Positions 1-16,184 of a DNA stretch of 64,000 nucleotides are shown one piece after another. A model generated the notes under the pieces. The model saw only the letters and a program-made list of their open reading frames with translations. It did no database searches and was not told the origin of the DNA. How positions within the stretch are numbered: position 1 is the stretch's first letter; each line of letters starts with the position of its first letter. Where the stretch lies: assembly GCF_006345805.1 (NCBI RefSeq), contig NC_042998.1, positions 118,172,001 to 118,236,000 on the forward strand, read 5' to 3'. Source of the DNA: Octopus sinensis. Taxonomy: Eukaryota. Made by a program: the position numbers and the translations under genes.

Positions 1-3000
1 TTAGTAGGAAGAAAAATAACTGAATAGTCAGTATAAAAGTAAAGAAAACCGAAGCATAGATTACAAGTGAACGAATGAACTCTAAATTTTAATTTTTAAT
101 AAGTCATAAGTATTAAAATACAAGAGAGTGTGTGTGTGGAACCTTCATGTAATAAGTGTGAAACATCAAATATCTGAATAAAGGTTGTTATTCACAGAAA
201 TATTTTTTGTGAAATTGAGTAACAAATTTGTTGTAACAAGGTTGTTGTTATTAAAATGTAAGAAAATTGAATGCTAGGCAAAATTAGAATTGTCCATACT
301 GATAGAAAATCTGAATCTAACTACATTTCTTTTGAAAAATAATATTAATTACATGCTTGAAAAATATATGGCAGCTTGAAAAGAAAACTGAATAGCCTAA
401 AATAACCACATGTAAGAAAATAAAAGTAGCTAGTCTGTCATAATATTTATCAGAAAGAAGAGATAAGATTTCCTTTATCATTAGACAACACCCAACATTT
501 TCTTCCTGGATTACCCTTTGAAAATTCAATGAATGCTAGGTACATTTATGATACAAAATCCGGGCAAATGTGTTTCACACTTCTCTGACTGGGAATCCAC
601 ATCTTATAAATTTCTGGCGTCCGCAAATCTGCTTTTACTCATATTTCTGTATATATACATGTTTATGATATTTGTTTTTAAATGATTTTAAAATTTACTG
701 CACATTCCGCAAAGTTGAACGATATAAAGCATAAATATTTTCCAGTGGTTCTGCACTTCATAGTTTCGTAATTACTTGTCTTCTGTGCGGTAGATCTGCT
801 AGAAACACAAGACAAATTTACCATAAATCATATGCTGTTCTTTTCAGAAAATGAAAAAAAATGCATAATGGAAACGATAGATATTGATACGTAAAAACAA
901 CGGGTTTGCCATAGCTAAAACATTTATTGTGGTAATAAATCAGAGCTGACCTGCTAAAAAGCATCAATAAAAATATCTCAGCTGCAACATTGCCACCTAT
1001 AAATACTAGTTTGCTTTTGATATATTAGGTATCTAACTATAACATATTACTCAAGCAAATTAACGAGCAACGATGTTGTTACACTTCTCACCATATTTCT
1101 TACTACGAAGAGGTATATAAGCGCTCTGTTTCTTCCCATACGTTATAGTATTGCTCACACACAGATATAGTAAAATAAATTTTAAACGAAATGTTAAGCA
1201 ACATCCATTAAAGCCATAACCAATGTATATAAATCAAAGAATAATTGACCTTAATAGTGTCAGAATTTCTGAGTTACATCAATTTTGATGCGAATATTTG
1301 CATGTCACAAAATACTAACTTTTGAAAGAAAGCATAAAAAAGACATTTAATTCTACCTAATGCAATCACGTCTCCAGATCAAATATAATGTCTCTTCTAC
1401 ATATATTTGCCTCAACATACCTAATAAAGAGAGCTCTTTTACTTTCTAGCTAGAGTATTATCATTTTTATCTCCACAGCTTTAGTTTAATAGCAACTGTT
1501 ATGAAGCAGCACCACTATTTAAATTTGTTCCATTATAATAATCATAGGTTGGTGTCTCACAGAAATGTTGAACTCCGAAAGGTGTTCAAGCGTTACTCTT
1601 CAGTCTTTTTACAACAATAGTATATGTACGACCATACTGTAAAAACTGGCCTTCATTTTGAATATTTTAAATATTGAACTACTGTCATACTTGAGGGTTA
1701 TTTCTTTGCTACTTTCAACAGATTGAACAGGTACCTAGTGAAATTTTAGTACACTTCAGAGAAATATGAGATTTTGTAATTTGTATTACATGTTTAGTAA
1801 AGACATGACTCAATCTGTGTGGTTGATTCTTGGCTAAAATTTTACATGCATATTTCCTTTAAAATCCTGCTATATGAAACTTACGGAAACACTCAATAAA
1901 ACACCTTTCATAATTCCTCCTCTGTATTCATAACCAATTGCAAATTGGGACCCTAAACCATTATACTCCTCTCAACATAAATCAAGCTGCATTTACATAA
2001 CAATTCACTATGCTTCATCGTAGAGATCCCTATAAGACTAGGTCTCAAAAACGTCTATCAGTGGAAATAAGATAACCTGTCTAAAAAGAAACACTCCAAA
2101 ATTTGAGAAGACGTTCGCACAAAATATCTTGTTCCCGGCGGTAACACACAACTAATTACATTAAATTTCAATAAAATTATGTATTATATTTCACTGACTC
2201 ACTCCAAATATTTATATTTATTTTTGTCTATTACATTATCATTGATACCTACTTTACGTGGGTTCCGACATGCTTAGGCATTAATCACATTATTTGAATA
2301 GATCAATAAAAATTACAAATTTATCAACATCCTAGTGATGTACGAGAGGAATATTCATTTTGCATTGCTTACGCGTGCATGCATTTGCATTCATCATGCA
2401 TGATTACATACTCAGTCACATTTCTTCTCATGAACAAAACTTCACTAAACCACACTCCTGAACGTCATACCTTTTGTTCGTTGCAATTTCTTACATTTCT
2501 GTAAATTTATATAATAATATAAAACTTATCTCGTTTTCTTTAAATTAGCTGACACAACACTATTTGTTAAAGTAGATAAATGCATAACAATTGAATTAGG
2601 AATACTGTAAATTGCAACAATGGAAATATAAAATCGATTTGTTAAATATACATGAAAGATATATCATATTAGTGATATAGAGCAGTTAGTTAGAGAGATG
2701 CTATTATCCGCAGGTTAGCCGTATGAACAAATACGTTATCTAGGAGAATCAGGCTGAACTTAATGCAGGGGCATGACATGTATAAAAATAAAGCAAATAT
2801 TGAATGTCTGAGATTTGTAAAATTGAGTATATTGATTGTTTTACCAAGAACAGCTTTGATAGAAAACTCAACATTTAGAAATTCCCTTTTGTTATATATA
2901 TACAGCACATCATGATTTCTAGAATTTTTTTATCATTGCGCTTGACTACCCAAAATACGTTTTTCTATTATATATTACATTATTAATAAGACTGTAACTA

Positions 3001-3479
3001 TTACAGTCCAATCACGATGATTGCATGATATTTAAATAGATCAAAATGTGTGATATAAATCATATACAGATAAACACATACATACAAAAATATGTATTTA
3101 GAGATATACGTATATAATACGATACACATAATATGTATATATATATATATATTGTATATACATACACACACACATGCATGTGTATATGTATATATACATA
3201 TATATATATACATGCATATTACTCTCGTTGATTGGTCTTTCATTTTATTATGCCAAGTAGCATCAATAGATCCATTTCGTGGACATTGTTACAAATATAT
3301 GTTCACAATACACTCTACTACCGTCCATAACCAGCATTAAGCACAAGCTCTGCGTAACAGTATAACATTTATAAAGTAAATAAAATAGATTAATCAAAAA
3401 AATCAAGCAGTTCAAGTATTCCCAGTTGCAAGGCCCATATTTACAGATATAGCTTTACTAGAAGGAAAAACATTATCTT

Positions 3480-4960
3480 CAACACTGCACGATGTCTGTC
3501 ATCGACAGTCAAAGTACAACGGAAGAGAAGTGACCTGTTTAGAAAACAAAGTAAATCCCAAAGCATTCTTCACATTCGCTGTTTCATCCAGTGGAATTCT
3601 GATATATGAAGACAACGCTCTACATAGTGGTACAGAAGACATGGTTGAGATTTATATCAACAATACTGCTCCACATTCAACCACCCCCAACACAGTTAAA
3701 CCGAGTAGCATCAGTAAAATAATAACTCAGCACATCATATCCAACATATCAATTGGCGCCCCGGGTATCATAGCAGCCATTAAGAAAATACAAACAACTC
3801 AGCTGGTGGTCCCAACAGTTTCCCTGCTTGAGTGCTGAAGGTGAGCGGAAATCAGCTAGCATTCTCTTTAGGTATTCTCTCGAGGAAACCGTTGGACGCT
3901 GATTAAAGTTCTTATAATTTCCTATCCCATTCGATTGTCCCACTTTTCAAAAAGATTAACAAAGCGATACCAGTGAATTAAAGACCGATTTCACTCACGT
4001 TTCATGTCATCAAATTATTTGAGAGAGTGGTGAGATCCCGAGTAGCTCACTTCCTGGAAAATAACAGCGTACTTATTCCAAACCAGCATTATTTCTGCAA
4101 TAGAAACATTCTTATGATACCCTAAAGGCTCTCGCAAAGGGTTCTAATGCAGAGGTCATCTGTCGTGACTTCCGTAATCCTTCGACAAGGTTGAGAGCAA
4201 CATCCTATTAACGAAATTATCCACCACTGGGGCCCGAGGAAAACTATTAAAGTGGAATAAATGTTTTCTGACGAACACAACCAAGCATGTGGGGATAGAT
4301 GATGTACGATCAAGCTCGTCAAGTGTCATCAGTTGAGTTCCACAAAGCTCTGAATTAATTTCAATTCTTTTCATTATTTACATCCTTCACCTCATTAAAC
4401 TCAGCAGCATTAGAAATTTCGTGGATAACTCAAACCTTCAGAAGGCTTTCGACTATGTAGATGATCAGACTAATCTCCAATCCTATTTGTGGATAAATAT
4501 GATATGCCATTAACAAAAATAAATTTGAATCACTCCACCTCAGTAGAGAGGATACACTTTCCTCAGAAGCGAAAACCTTTTGATATCAGAACACTACCAA
4601 GATAGAAAGAGTAATTTTAGACAATAAATTAAGCTGGAGTGCCCTTATCAATAGTAAAGTCGAGAGGTCTCGCAAGACGTGGCCATGGATCTCAAGGACT
4701 CTCTTCTGTTCTCCACCTTCGTTCGCTCTCACCTCGAGTACCATTGTCCGCTGCAGTCTACTTCATAAAACAAAATAATATAAACTTTGAAACAACCCAG
4801 TAATCAGTCAGAAACGAAACATTGACGGCATAATTATGAGGATCGTTTACATAAGCTCAAAATTTATTCCACCCAGCGTTACCGAGACCGTTATATCAAG
4901 TTTATGATATAGAAAATATTCCAACAGGACTCCCAAATGATGTTGGCAACTTTAAAACTA
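3480..4960 (+). mobile_element. Decayed CR1/L2-group non-LTR retrotransposon (RT and C-terminal region, stops and frameshifts)
   Basis: Manual translation: VNPKAFFTFA (~3550); IVPLFKKINKAIPVN*RPISLTFHVIKLFERVVRSRVAHFLENNSVLIPNQH (3934-4090); SFDKVESNILLTKLSTTGARGKLLKWNKCFLT...VIS*VPQSSELISILFIIYI (~4170-4385, decayed AFDKV and SGVPQGS motifs); NYEDRLHKLKIYSTQRYRDRY (~4835-4895, typical CR1-group C-terminus). Confidence 0.85.
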
Positions 4961-7900
4961 CAACCAAGCCTTGGTCTCCTTGCCATCTGTCATGTAGTCA
5001 CGGCTTAGGTGTGAGCGCCCTAGTGAGTTCCCTTAAGAGAGCAGAGGAAGGAAGCTTATGTAGGGTATAGAAGACTGTCGTGTATTGGGGTCGATACAAC
5101 TAGGTTTGTCGATGCATGCGCTTGGAAGTGGATGCTTGCCACTTTTGATATACATACATACATAAATATATGCATATGTGTGTCTACGTGTGCATGGTCA
5201 GGGTATGGGGCTCACGATCCTACGATCGTGCGGTCGATTCACGATTGTGAGCCGTGTCCTGGAGATAGTCACTCACGTTAATTTCACAAGCAAGTTCTTT
5301 TGTTCATCAAATCAACTGGAAAAATCGTCGTCTTAACGGATATAGTGAGGCCGTGTGTGTGTGCGTATGTGCGCCTACGTACGTGAGTGTGTGCCGATGT
5401 ATGTATGTATGTATGTATGTATGTATGTATGTATGTATGCATGTATGCATGTATAACTGTATCAGAAGTCAAAACAATGGCGAATTTACTGAGAAAGGAT
5501 TCGGTATATGTGGATATGTTGTGTGAGAACGACGAACGGCAAAGTCAAACTAAATAGTTCACGCACAAGCAAGATTAAGTATACGGTCAGAGGGAGCCTT
5601 TTTATTGATTGTCCCCGGATTAACTATTTAGAACTTTATTGTTAAATGAGACCGAGTTACTGTAAAGGTGAATTACAAAGAGTATCTTTATAAACAAACG
5701 TGTTATAATTTACCGTTTCTAGCAGTATGAATTTCTTGAACCAAATATTTCTTCCCTTACGCAAGTGATTCCAGAAAAATGCGATTACTTTAGAGGTTCT
5801 AGAAAACAAAAATACATGCATTATTTGTACTGGCACTGAACGCTGAGTTAAATATTGATTCTCATTACATCTATTTGGATAAATATTATATCCCTTGAAG
5901 CTTCTTTTCGTTCGCTCTAGCACCAGAATCAATCATCTCTGATTACAACTGGAGAAATATAAACTCTAGCAGGTTGATCACATCGAAGCAATGCATCTCG
6001 CAACTGGTGGCATTGAAAATACATGCTTTGCTGCCTGAATTACTGGAATCCAAGGGACCATCATAACAATTTAATTATATATTGACTAACATATCGGCCG
6101 TCTTATTCCGACAGTACCTTGGCACAGGAGCAACGATTGATATAATTTTTACGATGATATCAACACACGGCATTTTTCATTCTGACATAACAGATACATC
6201 ATCATATATCTCTGAGTGTGTACCATTTATATTATCATCGAAATAGTCATTTTCTAGTGTTCATTAGGAATACTTTTTGGGTGAAATCATTTTAGTGGCA
6301 TGAATCCAGATCCAGTAAATTTATTTCATGCCAGTGAAAAACGCTCGGCTATATTGAACATTTACATATCGCAGTTCCTGAAAACGATATATTGTTAGCT
6401 GAATATCTGCTCTATATTTATATTGCTGTTCGTTGAACGAATGCTTAAATCTAAAACATGCGAGTAGTGAAACTTCGATGAAACGATATTTCGATGTACA
6501 TTAATGCGAGTTGGTTTATCTATATGTAACAATTCGATGAAAGGTCATGATATACAATATGAGTGATGTAACATATCCATGTGAATATATCCTTTCAAAT
6601 TCGCGAAATAATATCCAAAGTATGCAAGAAATAAATAGCATACGATACATTGATATTGACCCATTCATATGCGTAAGTACCAAAGATAACATCCTGATGC
6701 AGCCCCCATATCGCCAACTGTTTCGAGAAAATATACGTTGATATATATGTATATATAATGACGTATGTAGGTATGTATATGTGTGTGTATGTGTGTGGGT
6801 GTGCGTGTGCGTGTCAATAACTACTTCTCTGATAAGCAAATTACCTAACACTTATTTCCCAGTGACCGTTTCATATGATAAACTTCGGAGATTTTGGATA
6901 AATCTACTTTTCTAACACATCGAAGCAAAATATGATTGTTAGAATAAATGGAATTGTCTCACCAACAATAGGAGGACGGAATAAATCAGCAATGGGGGAA
7001 TGCAGAATAGATTACAGAATAAGAAATATGGTGGAAAAAGAAAATTATGTAAACGCTTTAACGGTGGAGATTTATAGAGGGGCGATGGTATATTAAACCG
7101 CCCCAATGGACAGCAAGCAGACAAATGCAGGAATTTTTGTTAGTAATTTATTTAACATTAAACCTGAATATTACATCAGTATCACACTAAAAGCATTAAT
7201 TTGTTAGGCGTGACAATTAAGTTATATTACAGTAACTTCTAAATGTAATTTTAATCAAATTCATTCTATTCAGCTGCCAGGTTGCTGTAACAACCAGCCG
7301 TACAGTTTTAGCAAAAACTTTTCGCCAATATACGAGAAAAAAGCACTTAAGGAAATGATAAATTCTATAGTAACCAATTTGAATCTAGTGGTGGTTTAAA
7401 AGAAAGACATAGGTATACTCAACCTAATTGGGATAAAAAGGCCGACAATAAATGCTATATTTTGTGGTGTGGTGTACATTATTACGTTAATAGAATAGAT
7501 ACAATTTCAAAATATCATTCTATCATATGTACATTCGTTTTCTTATTAATCATAAATATCAGATTTAAATCGAAATGTAACTAACGTTTGTTACTCTGTT
7601 GTAGAATGTTTGCGCTAAATACTGACGATGACTGCGCATGAGCATAACGCGTAGGCAGAGACAGATATATAAGCAATAGATTATCATCTCCCGTATTTAC
7701 AATTACAAAATCTTCAGCACAGAAAGATTCTCCGTCAATATTATCACATAATTTATCATGATTCCTTTTAGAATTCCGCAAACCTAGCAACAAACTGTTT
7801 ATTTATTTATTTATTTTTCTTCCCGTTGTAGAATTCAAAAATATTATACTGATCTTCAAGGTTCAAATAAGGAGTGAGTGAATTGAATTTAACTATTCCT

Positions 7901-10229
7901 GTCCAGAAGAATTACGATAACTTTATACCTCAAAATATCATAAATTTACCGTTTACCTTCGGAAACCCACTTTTATAAAAGTCGTCTTACATATAAAATA
8001 TAATGATATCAATATATCCTTCGCGTAACCATAAAAACGCATGATCTTAAACAAGATTTTGCCAAGCTCTTATATGAGATATATGGATATAGTATTCTTT
8101 TTGACACATTGGTTTGACAGCCATTACAAACAACGTATTACTCTACCATTTTCACGACTATTATTCTGACAAACGATTCGCATAAATCCCATTTGCACTA
8201 TTCAAGAACAAATTATTCTGACAAACTATTTACATAAATCCAACATATGCATCTCATTTTTTCTCCGCTAATCATAAGCAATTCCTACAATTATAAAATA
8301 TATTCATAATCTATTTTTTTTTTAAATATACTATTTTGTGTTCCTGAGATATCTTTGGTCATGTAACAATTAATATTTAGCACTCACAACCCACTTATAA
8401 AACGCAAAAATTAAGATATATTTACATTTTATTATGATCATAAATATATGGGTATGAGATATTGATGATCAGCAACAACATTATATCAGGGAATTTGCAA
8501 AATATACAACGATGAATGGCTCATCAAATTGGAAACTAACGTTATAATATTTCAACGATAAAGCAGTAGGCTTAACGACATTTATTCTGCAATAATTACA
8601 GTAATAATTATCAAAATATAATATATATATAATCTTAAATACTGACAGAGTATCATCAGCTTAGCAATAAGATGTTTCATGTAAGATACGCAAGACCTGT
8701 TAAAATAGAAAAATCAATGCAATTATTAACTCGAGAGAAATTAAGGGTGGAAGAATATTACTGAATTCCAAGAAGTGATTTTTAATGAATTTTAGGATTT
8801 CAGGGCGCTTTGCAGTGATATATACATAGTTTGAAACAAAATAGCCCATACGTACAACACAATGGACAACGCATTGAGATATATCTGAACATATTTGATC
8901 ATAGGTCTGCTTGATTAGCACTGACACAAGACTAAACAACACTATCATAAAATACAGGCCAATACCTAAATACGTTACAAACAACAACTAGTTTTGGGAT
9001 GGTTGTTAATTAATCAGTCCAGGAAGAAGGAGGTGAAAAACTTACATCGGTGACGTTTGAATTCTTAACGTAAAAATATATATCTAAAAAGTCCATGATT
9101 TTTCTTTTGCTCCAATAATACTGACATTCTGTAAATAGATCTACAAAAGAATTATGAGCTCTCTGGATACTTATATGATATTTAATAACATATTTCGGGA
9201 ATGGAATGCAAAATATACTTCAACACATTTCTTAAAGATGCACAAAACCATAATAAAGCAGAATGATGTAATTATTCTATAACCAATGTAACTAACAAAG
9301 TATTACTGAAATAAGTATGAAGTTGAAAATAGAACATATCTGAAAATATGTTGTTTAGTGTACGATGAATATTATGTTTTTCCCCACCTATTTTGTAAAA
9401 GAAATGCTCAAATGAACGACATATACACACATACTCAAAGATAAATAAATGATTCTACATTTATTTAACTAAATATAGCTCGGGTTATTAGTCAGCTATT
9501 TACTGAAATCGTCTTTATTGTCATATTGCAATCTGGCATAACTCATGTTGATATCGTCAAAGACATATATAAATTTATGTAATAATAACTTCCTCTACAT
9601 GTATCCAGACGTATACACAATACTAGTAACTGACTTCCAATTAAGGAGTTATTGAATAGATAGTATATATAATTTTTCCAAATTTTTTCAGTTCAAACTT
9701 CAATTGCAAAAATTTTCTTGATTTGACAAATCTTGTTTGATTAAAACAGCGAAATCTCAGTGATTTTTGGTCGATATAATTTATATCAAGGTATATGCAT
9801 AGGTGTCTATTTATTTATATTCAATATTTTATTTGAAAGTGATATACAAATTTATGGTAGCTTAACCTCAGGTCAGCTCCGACCACGTAAAGTTTAGTTC
9901 GAAACTGTTTTTGAGTTCACCATTCCGCCGATTTGTTTTTACTTTCAAGTCTATATCTCATGGTAATGCCTAGGGGACACTACTGTTTGCCCCAAAGGAT
10001 ATGTGATCTAGCAGGATGAGCAACGTCGTAGTTTTGCTTTTTCTCTCAGGTGACAGATATATAGCTGTATATATTATTTCATCGGGAAGACAAAATTTTT
10101 TTAAACATTCGCTAATTCTGTAAAAGTAAAAGTGTAGGAATATTAATAGCTCTGTTTTCAAGAAATAAAAATGAAGAAATGTTTCTGTCCCATTTGGATA
10201 ATTATGCAATTAAAGAAATAGTAGATTTT

Positions 10230-10394
10230 GAGTGGGTGAGAATTTGATTACATCGACCCCCCAGTACTCACCTGACAGTTATTCTATCGACCCTGAAATG
10301 ATGAAACACAAAATCGACAGCGGCGGAATTTGAATTCTCAGAAAATATAGAAGCATTTTATCTGGAGTGGTAACGGTTCTGCCAGCTCGCAGCC
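10230..10394 (-). mobile_element. tRNA-derived SINE (octopus OK/OR-like family A), degenerate
   Basis: Reverse complement reads GGCTGCGAGCTGGCAGAACCGTTA...GAATTCAAATTCCGCCG..GTCGATTTTG..TTCATC..TTTCAGGGTCGATAGAATAA..GTACTGGGGGGTCGATGTAATC, homologous to the copies at 54378-55040 and 59597-59777. Confidence 0.8.
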
Positions 10395-10613
10395 TTCCAA
10401 TTAATGAAATAACAATATGAAATATTGATTTTTCCCAAGCAGCAAAAAAAAAAGAAAAAACGAATATAGGTCAGCCTTTTTCTTTGTTTTCAAGACACAA
10501 TGCCTACAGTCAAGGTATTAAAAGAAAGATTAAAATTATGCGTAGCACTTAACTATCAAACACTCATCGAAAAATACCTTAAGAATGAGAACCCAGGTTC
10601 GAAATTTCCCCAA

Positions 10614-10659
10614 GACATCTCATGAAGGCTGGAGGGTATATCAGCCGAAACGCTGTGTT
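10614..10659 (+). ncRNA. Degenerate minimal type I hammerhead ribozyme motif (likely solitary PLE terminus)
   Basis: GACAT-CTCATGA-A-GGCTG(gagggtatat)CAGCC-GAAA-CGCT-GTGTT: helix I GACAU/GUGUU, helix II GGCUG/CAGCC; core one substitution from CUGAUGA and CGCT instead of CGTT. Confidence 0.55.
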
Positions 10660-12133
10660 AACACAAGCAAGATGAGCACAAATATCCGTCACAAATATAT
10701 TTGCAGATTTCTATCATTGTTTAAATATAACCACTAACCACGGAATGATTCTTTAAAATACGCATTGGCGCAGTTCAATGCCTAAAAGACGCACCTGTAT
10801 TCTGGCACTCTTTATTTTAATTTCGGACTGCTTCTGCCGAATATAACATTCTAACGCTTAACTACTGTAATGTATTTAACATCATTACATTACTGCCACG
10901 CTTAATTCTAACGCTAATAATTTCTGGAATAAATGATGACCTACCCTCTTACAAATTAACGCGGAACGTGCGTTGACAATACGTGTGAAATTTAGAATTT
11001 GATTCACTAACAATTCTTGAATGTTTATATCAAGTCGTGGAATCCCATTCTGATAATTAATTATTAGCGCTTCAGGATTCCATCGTTAAATTTGTATTTA
11101 ATTGAAGATCTACAATGTTAATTTGCCATTACATTTACTATCTAAGTTTTGTCTAGAATATTATTTACTTTGTCGACGGTCTGAGGAAACAACTAAAGAT
11201 TTAATTCAGTAATATAGATTCCTCACTTCTCATTTTGTTATAGAATACTTCAATTCTACACGATTAACGCGTGAAGTTCAGGGAAATAATCTATATGGAT
11301 ACGTTTACTTATTTTATGCAGTATACATTTACACAAATGTTCACTGTATTGATTTTACTCTCGTTCTCTCCCTCTTAGATTTTCGACACGGTTCTAATCA
11401 TTATAGACACTGATAAAGCGACGTGCAACTTAAAGATAAGCTTCCAGTTCAATGTATAAGTAGCCATGTTCCTAATTCCCATGTATCTACATTTCATTTT
11501 ATTTGAATTGAGTGCCAACTTGTCACATATCATGTGTCATATCTACCAAGACCAGATTGCTGTTAAAAACCTTCTAGTAACAGAATAAGAACATTATATA
11601 TTCACTGTTAAATGATGTTCAAGTTTATCATATGTCAAGCAAATAAATTGCCTCAACCAGCTGTGAATTTGCTACTAATTCCATGAGTTGCGATTCTTCT
11701 GCAGCAACATTAAGTGAGGATTGGTGAAGTTTAAGAATTAATAAAATGCAGGCATGATTTTATTAAGTATAAATTCCGGGTATAACATCTGTAGACAAGG
11801 ACTAGATCATGCTACATGAATGATCAGTAATATTCATTTTTACTTCACATGCAACTGTGAGAAATGTTTCACTGTTTACACGTTACCAAAGAACAGTCGA
11901 TGGATTACCGTATTCACGGTGGTAAGAATGGCAAAGGAAATAAATGAATAAAAGTTTTCTTTGATTTTTATTCTTTTGTTTAATGAGAGAGATTTACAGT
12001 ATTTTCATTGACATTCACCAGCGGCATAAACACACAAAATTACACACAATATTATAAGAGAAAATACGAGGGCAAAAAACTATTATATATGTGTACATGT
12101 ATAAATATTCACACACATTCACACAATCACACA

Positions 12134-12138
<5 letters not shown>

Positions 12139-12185
<47 letters not shown>

Positions 12186-12195
12186 CATGTATACG

Positions 12196-12239
<44 letters not shown>

Positions 12240-12310
12240 TACATACATACATACATACATACATACATACATACATACATACATACATACATACATACAT
12301 ACATACATAA
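12139..12310. repeat. Compound microsatellite (TA)n-(GA)n-(TACA)n
   Basis: Directly visible; source of the overlapping IYIY/MYVC ORFs. Confidence 0.95.
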
Positions 12311-12324
12311 AATAACCGCTTTAT

Positions 12325-12900
12325 TAACTTCAGCTTCGAAGAGTAGGCGTTTGCAATCCAGTAACAGAAAATATCAATGAAATGCCTGATGTACAAAAGG
12401 GTAAAATGATGCAGAAAAAGCATTAACATGTGCCAGCTGCTGCAACTTTGTGGAATTAACAGCGTAGATATCACCCACATCATAAGCAGTTGTCCGAAAA
12501 TGTCATCACAGTATTATATGCCGATGAGAAATGATGTTGTTGCAAAGACACTATGTAATACAATTCGTCGAAAAAATAACTCAAGGACCAAGAAATAAGA
12601 ACCCACAGTATTTTAGAAGCCATCGATACTCATAATAAAGTACTGGTTGAATATTCCAGTGAAGATTTGCAGAACAAACTTGTTATAATGATTTGGGATA
12701 GAGAAGAGAAACTGTGTAAAGCAGATGTTAACAAAACGCTGGAAATCAGTGGAAAAGAGAACACCTATGTTGAAGTATTGAGAAATCTGCAATTACTGTA
12801 TCTAGATTAGAAGTTCAGGTTTATAACTGTAATTATCGGGTTCCTGTGATAAATAACGCAGTGCCTAAATACCAATCTTGAACAATTTGGTTTGGTAAGG
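12325..12900 (+). mobile_element. R4/Dong-like (RLE-type) non-LTR retrotransposon fragment: CCHC knuckle plus restriction-like endonuclease
   Basis: FEE*AFAIQ*QKIS; CQLLQLCGINSVDITHIISSCPKMSSQYYMPMRNDVVAKTL; KYWLNIPVK; IWDREEKLC; KENTYVEVLRNLQLLYLD*KFRFITVIIG. Homologous to the minus-strand copy at 25945-27190. Confidence 0.8.
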
Positions 12901-13402
12901 TAATGGTGATCACGTACCTTGCAGCTGCTGTAATTACAGACAGACAGACAAACAAAGAAACAATTTTATAGAGAGAGAGATTAAGCACACGTATTAAATG
13001 TTAATTTAAGGATTAAAATATAAGTGTAAACAGCTTGCAGCGTTTATTAACTAGTAATTGCACGGTAAATGTGTAAATCAAGATGCTTTTAGTTTTATCA
13101 CATTAGAATTAAAAGTGTAGGAATAAAAGTGAAACAATATTATATCACGGTACAAGACAGAAGTTATTTCACTTTTGACACGTAATACAGAACCAGTCTA
13201 AAAGATTACCACATTAGGCAAGAAGTTGAAAACGTTTTTGACCCATGACACGCCATGGACCCTAAGTAATGCATGTGTATAATTTGAATGAAATTGGTTG
13301 GGTAGTCCTCGAGTTTTAGGGCTTCATACGTACATGGAGACACACACAGAGGCAAACACTCAGACAGAAACAAAAGAAGCCACACACACATCCTCGGTTT
13401 TT

Positions 13403-13448
13403 TTTTCTTGTTTCAGCTCAGAGCTGCGGCCAAGCGGATGCACCGCCG
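13403..13448 (-). mobile_element. SINE family B 3' tail fragment
   Basis: Reverse complement CGGCGGTGCATCCGCTTGGCCGCAGCTCTGAGCTGAAACAAG, nearly identical to 18706-18748 on the + strand. Confidence 0.65.
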
Positions 13449-13457
13449 TTATATATA

Positions 13458-13488
<31 letters not shown>

Positions 13489-13504
13489 AGATATAGATAT
13501 TCTT

Positions 13505-14955
<1,451 letters not shown>

Positions 14956-15135
14956 GTGTGTGTGTGTGTACACGGGCTTCTTTCAGTTTACGTCTACTAA
15001 ATACACTCAAAAAGCTTTGGTCACTCCGAGACTATAGTAGGAGACACTTGCCGAAAGTTCCACGCGCTGGGTTGAACCTGGAACCATGTGGTTGCTAAGC
15101 AAGCTGCTTACCACACAGCCACTCCTGCACCTATG
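14956..15135 (-). mobile_element. SINE family B tRNA-derived head and CORE-like segment
   Basis: Reverse complement ATAGGTGCAGGAGTGGCTGTGTGGTAAG (A box)...GGTTCAACCC (B box)...GGCAAGTGTCTCCTACTATAG...GTAGACGTAAACTGAAAGAAGCCCGTG; homologous to 27432-27600. Confidence 0.85.
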
Positions 15136-16040
15136 GTATATTTATACATATATGTCTAAGTGAAAATACATATGCACATAAATATGTGCGCATATAAATT
15201 TCAAGGATGTTTAATACTTTACGAGCTCCCAGAAAGGTTTGGTAATATACTTATGTAGTTTGCAAATAAGATGTTTGCATGGTTTTGAAATAATATTTTG
15301 GAAGCTATTAGCACAGCTGTTGCTGACTTTAATCTTATAAAAACGTATGGCTGATATTACATATTCCTGTTCATGTCGATATAGTCGATAATTGCCGCTT
15401 CCTTTGTGGGGAGAAATAGTATCAAAGAACTCGCGGTACTGATTCATTTGAGTGTGTCCCAACGGTGAAGTGAAAACCCTTTTGAATGTTCATTCGGCAT
15501 TTTGCGTAACCTTTTGGGCTATGGAGTAGGGGGGCATTTACTTCTAAAAATCACCTTATTTTGTAATGTTTATGGGAATATTACGCTTGTATATCATATA
15601 GAAAGCTTTACGGATTTATATTTTCTACCAAGAAGTATGGCTTCTCTTTCTAATCACTTTCGTTGATGGTCGAGTAAAAGATTGCTTTCAATTTCTATGT
15701 GTGTTTATGTGTGAGTGTATGTGCGTGCGTGTGTGTGCGTATGCGTGTTTTGTAAAATACATAGATTTCTATATAAATGTATAAATATATGCAGATAAAG
15801 AGACAGGGAAAAGGACAAGATAGATACACAGACAGACAGGCAGACGGATAGATTGATAGATAGATAGAAAGATATTCAAGCGAACAAAAATGAAACACTT
15901 ATATATGCAGACACTTATGTATACGAACATACATGCATACATGCACAGTCATGTATATATAAGTGCACAAGTATGTAAACATGTGTGTATGTCGTCATAA
16001 AATTTTATAATTAAATCATAATGGAGGGTGTTCCAAGAAA

Positions 16041-16184
16041 TTTAAATTTAATTTACCAAAATATTTTCGCCGCCTTGAGCCCGCGAAAAAAATCTGACAA
16101 AATTCCGTGCTGCGTCACAGAATTTGTCAGTGAAAAGTTCGCGGTCACAAAGTGACGAAAATGTTTTGGCAAATTCAATTTAAA
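16041..16184. repeat. Fold-back (MITE-like) inverted repeat, ~145 bp
   Basis: TTTAAATTTAATTTACCAAAATATTTTCG vs CGAAAATGTTTTGGCAAATTCAATTTAAA (26/29 complementary); inner arms CTGACAAAATTCCGTG/CACAGAATTTGTCAG around a 6-nt loop. Confidence 0.75.

Noticed and set aside
3530-3838. Host gene ORF (102 aa)
   Set aside because: Lies within the decayed CR1/L2-group LINE; collinear with downstream RT motifs.
5660-6250. Possible piggyBac or other DNA-transposase remnant (likewise 53400-53900 and 57080-57250)
   Set aside because: Only vague similarity by eye; no diagnostic catalytic motif or terminal repeats found.
7581-7793. 70-aa ORF as an exon
   Set aside because: No recognisable motif or convincing splice signals.
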